DNA from: Paracoccaceae bacterium
GTDB taxonomy: Bacteria > Pseudomonadota > Alphaproteobacteria > Rhodobacterales > Rhodobacteraceae
NCBI GenBank assembly: GCA_041397305.1
Contig: JAWKWX010000004.1
Span: 94,429-158,428 of the forward strand
DNA: 64,000 bases
Reading direction: 5' to 3'
Position 1 is the first letter of the stretch, and each line of letters opens with the position of its first letter. The translations under genes were made by a program, and so were the position numbers. This document shows, piece by piece, positions 60,536 to 64,000 of the stretch. The notes beneath the pieces are model-generated. The model saw only the letters and a list, made by a program, of their open reading frames with translations. It was not told the origin of the DNA and ran no database searches.

Positions 60536-62962
60536 TTAGCCCCGCATCCGGGCCCCATCGGCATCCCAGAGCGGTGCGGACACCATCCGCGCCTTGCGGC
60601 GTTCACCGAGAATCTCGATCTCGCCCTCCAGCCCCTCGCGGATCAGCTCGACCGGCACGAAAGCCTGTGCGACCGACTTGCCGGTCCAGTGCGAATAGCC
60701 GCCCGAGGTGCAGAAGCCCACGACCTTGTCGCCGACCCACAGGGGTTCGTAACCGACCACATCGGCGTCAGCCGCCTCGATGACGAAGCAGCAAAGCCTG
60801 CGTCTGGGGCCCGCGGCCTTTTCGGCCATCGCTGGCGCCTTGCCGATCCATGCCACCGGCTTGTTCCAGCGGATGAAGCGGTCGATGCCGGTCTCGCCGG
60901 GGAAATAGTCCGGGCTGAATTCGCGCGTCCAGGAGCCGAACCATTTGTCGAGGCGGAGGGACATCATCGCCCGCATGCCGAAGGGCGTCAGCCCGAGGTC
61001 CTGGCCGGCAGTCCAGAGCGCATGCCAGAGGCTGCGTTCCTTCATGAAGTCGCAGAAGATCTCGTAGCCAAGGTCGCCCGTGTAGCTGACGCGCTGAACA
61101 AGACAATCGACCATGCCGACCGTGATCTGGCGCGCATCCATGAACGTGAACGCCTCGCCCGAGACATCGGCGCGGGTCACCCGCTGCAAAAGCTCGCGTG
61201 CCTTCGGTCCGGCGATCTGGAAGCCCGTGATCCGGTCCGAGACATTTTCGACGGCGACGCCCGGATCGAGGTTCTTCTCGAACCAGCGCAGGTGCTGGTC
61301 CTGTGCGCCGTAGGAGCCGGTGATCTGGAATTCACTTTCCGAAAGGCAGGTGACGGTGAAGTCACCGATGATCTTGCCCTTGGGGCTGAGCATCGGCGTC
61401 AGCGACAGGCGACCCGGTTTCGGAATCGCGCCCGCCATGATCCGGTCGAGCCAGGCGCGGGCGTTCGCCCCCTTCACCCTGAACTTGCCGAAATTCTGCA
61501 CCTCGTTGATGCCCACGGTCTCGCGCACGGCAAAGACCTCGCGCCGCGTGGCTTCCCAGGCGTTCGAGCGCTTGAAGGTGGGCGTTTCATAGCGCGACTC
61601 GCCCTCGGCCGCGAAATAGTTCGGGACTTCAAGGCCATACTGCTGGCCCCAGACCGCCCCCATCCCATCGAAGATGTCGTACATGGGCGTCGTGCGGAAG
61701 GGCCGCGCAGCGGGGCGTTCCTCGTTCGGGTAGCTGACCGAGAAGCGCATCTGATAATTCTCGATCACTTTCGGCACCGTGTAGCCCGGCGTCGTCCATT
61801 TGCCGAAGCGCGCCACGTCGAAGCCGCGCGGGTCGCATTCCGTCTCGCCATGTATCATCCATTCGGCGAGCGACTTGCCCATGCCGCCCCCCTGGGAAAA
61901 GCCCGCCATGACCGCGCAGGCCGACCAGTAATTCCTGAGACCCGGCACCGGGCCGATCAGCGGGTTGCCGTCGGGCGCAAAGGTGAAGGGGCCGTGGATC
62001 ACGCGCTTGACGCCGGTCCGTTCCAGAACCGGGAAGCGGCGATAGGCGAAGGCGACGGAATCCTCGATCTTGTCGAACTGTTCGTTCAGAAGCTCATGCC
62101 CGAAATTCCACGGCGTGCCATCGACAGACCAGGGTTCGCAGGGCTTTTCGTAGAAGCCGATGCAAAGGCCGCGCCCTTCCTGGCGCAGATAGCTTTCGCC
62201 GCCCGGGTCCATCACATGCGGAAACTCGCGGCCGGATTTCAGGATGTCCATGATCTCGGGGATATCATCGGTCACCAGATACTGGTGCGCCATCGGCAAA
62301 AGCGGCAGGTAGACGCCCGCCATGGCGCCGACTTCCCGCGCCCAGAGGCCGCCCGCGTTCACCACATGCTCGGCATGGATCGTGCCCTTTTCGGTCACCA
62401 CATCCCAGCTGCCATCGGCGCGCGGGTTGGTTTCGAGCACCTTGTTATGTTCGACGATCTCTGCCCCGCCCATCTTCGCGGCGCGGGCATAGGCGTGGGT
62501 GGTGCCGGACGGATCGAGGTGGCCATCCAGAGGATCGTAGAGCGCGCCGATGATCCCGTCGGTATTCACCATGCCGTCGGTGAATTTCGCCACCTCCTCC
62601 GGGCCGAGGATTTCGGTATGCAGGCCCATGTAGCGGTGCTTGGCGCGCTCTGCCTTCAGCATCTCGAAGCGCGCCATATTGTCGGCCAGCGTGATGCCGC
62701 CCACATGGTGGAGCCCGCAGGACATGCCGGTGATCTTTTCCAGTTCCTTGTAAAGCTGGATCGTATAGCCCTGCAGCGCAGCCATGTTCGTGTCGCCATT
62801 CAGCGTATGGAACCCGCCCGCCGCGTGCCAGGTCGACCCGGAGGTCAGCGTCGACCGCTCGATCAGCATCACGTCTTTCCAGCCGTATTTGGTCAGATGG
62901 TATAGGACCGAACATCCGACGACGCCGCCTCCGATGACGACGACCTGCACTTGTTCCTTCAT
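60536..62962 (-). CDS. Dimethylglycine/sarcosine dehydrogenase-family flavoprotein (DAO domain + GcvT aminomethyltransferase domain)
   Basis: Start MKEQVQVVVIGGGVVGCS (FAD dinucleotide fold), covalent-flavin context SGSTWHAAGG, C-terminal GcvT-like folate-binding domain. The ORF-track N-terminal extension (to 63094) is unlikely. Confidence 0.9.
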   Translation of the reverse strand: MKEQVQVVVIGGGVVGCSVLYHLTKYGWKDVMLIERSTLTSGSTWHAAGGFHTLNGDTNMAALQGYTIQLYKELEKITGMSCGLHHVGGITLADNMARFEMLKAERAKHRYMGLHTEILGPEEVAKFTDGMVNTDGIIGALYDPLDGHLDPSGTTHAYARAAKMGGAEIVEHNKVLETNPRADGSWDVVTEKGTIHAEHVVNAGGLWAREVGAMAGVYLPLLPMAHQYLVTDDIPEIMDILKSGREFPHVMDPGGESYLRQEGRGLCIGFYEKPCEPWSVDGTPWNFGHELLNEQFDKIEDSVAFAYRRFPVLERTGVKRVIHGPFTFAPDGNPLIGPVPGLRNYWSACAVMAGFSQGGGMGKSLAEWMIHGETECDPRGFDVARFGKWTTPGYTVPKVIENYQMRFSVSYPNEERPAARPFRTTPMYDIFDGMGAVWGQQYGLEVPNYFAAEGESRYETPTFKRSNAWEATRREVFAVRETVGINEVQNFGKFRVKGANARAWLDRIMAGAIPKPGRLSLTPMLSPKGKIIGDFTVTCLSESEFQITGSYGAQDQHLRWFEKNLDPGVAVENVSDRITGFQIAGPKARELLQRVTRADVSGEAFTFMDARQITVGMVDCLVQRVSYTGDLGYEIFCDFMKERSLWHALWTAGQDLGLTPFGMRAMMSLRLDKWFGSWTREFSPDYFPGETGIDRFIRWNKPVAWIGKAPAMAEKAAGPRRRLCCFVIEAADADVVGYEPLWVGDKVVGFCTSGGYSHWTGKSVAQAFVPVELIREGLEGEIEILGERRKARMVSAPLWDADGARMRG

Positions 62963-63188
62963 GATGCGCTCCCGCTGGACACTTTGGTCATCTTTGCGGC
63001 TCCATGATCTCTGGCATGTCATTTTTCGACAAAATCTGTCGTATCCGCGCGACGATGCTTGCCATACCCGAGCGCGCCAGCTTGCCGACGCCACCCAGAT
63101 GACGCCCTACAACCAAGGTTGATTGAGGGGGGGCGGGTCCCGGCGTAGCGGTCTGTCGGCACGACCCTCGCGACGATCGGATGCGCGC

Positions 63189-64000
63189 TTGACCCGACTG
63201 GCCACCGGCCCCCTTCTGGGCCTCTATTTCGTCCTGCTCGCAGGTCTTGTCTGGCTGCGGCCGCTCCTGCCGGTCGACGAGACCCGCTATCTCGCGGTGG
63301 CGTGGGAGATGCACCTGTCGGGCGATCCCTTTCACCTGACCCGGAACTTCGCGCCCTATGCCGACAAGCCGCCGCTTCTGTTCTGGCTGATCAACCTCGT
63401 CTGGATGATCGCGGGCGTGAACGAATTCGCCGCGCGGCTGGTCGGCCCGGCCTTCGCCGTAGCGATGATTGGTGCGACCGCGGCTTTTGCCCCGCGCCTT
63501 TGGCGTGACCAGCCGACGGTCGGGCGCCACAGCGCGATCGTTCTTGGCGGCATGCTGGGCTTTATCGTCTTTGGCGGGGCGACGATGTTCGACACGATGC
63601 TCGGCCTTGCCGTCCTTCTGTCGCTCCGCCAGATCTGGCGGATCGGTGTCGAGGGGCAGGGCGGCTGGCGGCCCTGGGTCGGGCTGGGGCTTGCCGTCAC
63701 TTTCGGCTTCTACGCCAAGGGACCGGTGATCTTTCTCCATCTCGCCGCGCCGTTTCTCTTCTTCCGCTGGTGGGCGGCGGAACGGATCGGTACGCGGCGG
63801 TTCTGTCTCGGCCTTGGGCTCGCGCTTCTCCTTGTGCTCGCGGGCGCGCTTTTGTGGCTGGTTCCTACGCTTCTGACCGCGACCCCCGAATTTCGCCACG
63901 AACTTCTCTGGCGCCAGTCGGCAGAGCGGCTGGGCGGCGGGCTCGCGCATGATCGTCCTGTCTGGTTCTTCCTACTCGTCCTGCCGGTCCTTCTGTTCCC
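63189..64000 (+). CDS. GT39 / ArnT-like (PMT_2) membrane glycosyltransferase, 5' part (3' end outside window)
   Basis: My own translation of frame 3: LTRLATGPLLGLYFVLLAGLVWLRPLLPVDETRYLAVAWEMHLSGDPFHLTRNFAPYADKPPLLFWL... The DE.RY...Y.DKPPL motif is typical of GT39/GT83. The frame is open from 63123 to the window end. No ATG; the TTG 63189 start is a guess. Confidence 0.65.
   Translation, partial: MTRLATGPLLGLYFVLLAGLVWLRPLLPVDETRYLAVAWEMHLSGDPFHLTRNFAPYADKPPLLFWLINLVWMIAGVNEFAARLVGPAFAVAMIGATAAFAPRLWRDQPTVGRHSAIVLGGMLGFIVFGGATMFDTMLGLAVLLSLRQIWRIGVEGQGGWRPWVGLGLAVTFGFYAKGPVIFLHLAAPFLFFRWWAAERIGTRRFCLGLGLALLLVLAGALLWLVPTLLTATPEFRHELLWRQSAERLGGGLAHDRPVWFFLLVLPVLLF

Noticed and set aside
63027-63041. 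Palindrome CGACA-aaatc-TGTCG in the divergent region between the dimethylglycine-dehydrogenase-like gene and the GT39 gene, as a regulator site.
   Set aside because: It has only 5-bp arms, is a single copy in the window, and has no adjacent regulator gene. That is too weak to call.

Overview
High-GC (about 65%) alphaproteobacterial chromosome segment. Gene content and order look like Rhodobacteraceae (Rhodobacter/Cereibacter/Paracoccus-like), which is an inference from synteny and from CtrA/SciP, LpxI and agl-type genes. Left to right: (1) the 3' end of a + strand cheB converges on a - strand chemotaxis operon (STAS/CheS-like, cheY, cheA, cheW, cheR, unknown 148-aa ORF). This operon directly abuts a LacI-regulator/beta-glucosidase/glucokinase unit. 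(2) A divergent aglEFGAK-type alpha-glucoside ABC transporter plus alpha-glucosidase operon with two palindromic operators. (3) A - strand Dpp/Gsi-type ABC operon with an AraC regulator. (4) miaA, then the conserved block pyrH-frr-uppS-cdsA-dxr-rseP-bamA-skp-fabZ-lpxA-lpxI-lpxB. (5) mnmA, the cell-cycle regulators sciP-ctrA, ligA-recG, an IscU/NifU-like gene, hisI, usg, gyrA, trmFO and gluQ. (6) Arginase plus ornithine cyclodeaminase with an Lrp regulator, then dsbB, yqaA-like, ypfJ-like and tRNA-Leu(CAA). (7) The only clearly accessory stretch: three Hint (bacterial intein-like) domain genes, two stand-alone and one a 1143-aa RTX-repeat/Hint fusion. (8) A MobA-like nucleotidyltransferase, a dimethylglycine-dehydrogenase-family enzyme and the 5' part of a GT39 glycosyltransferase. 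Most of the window is ordinary core genome. I see no CRISPR array, transposase, integrase or recognisable defence system. The best candidates for a second look are the tRNA-flanked Hint locus, a REP-like repeat family (3-4 copies), CtrA-type motifs at ctrA and after recG, an uncharacterised che-operon ORF, and several small ORFs below the 60-aa cut-off of the ORF track. Many long ORFs antisense to real genes are high-GC artefacts.
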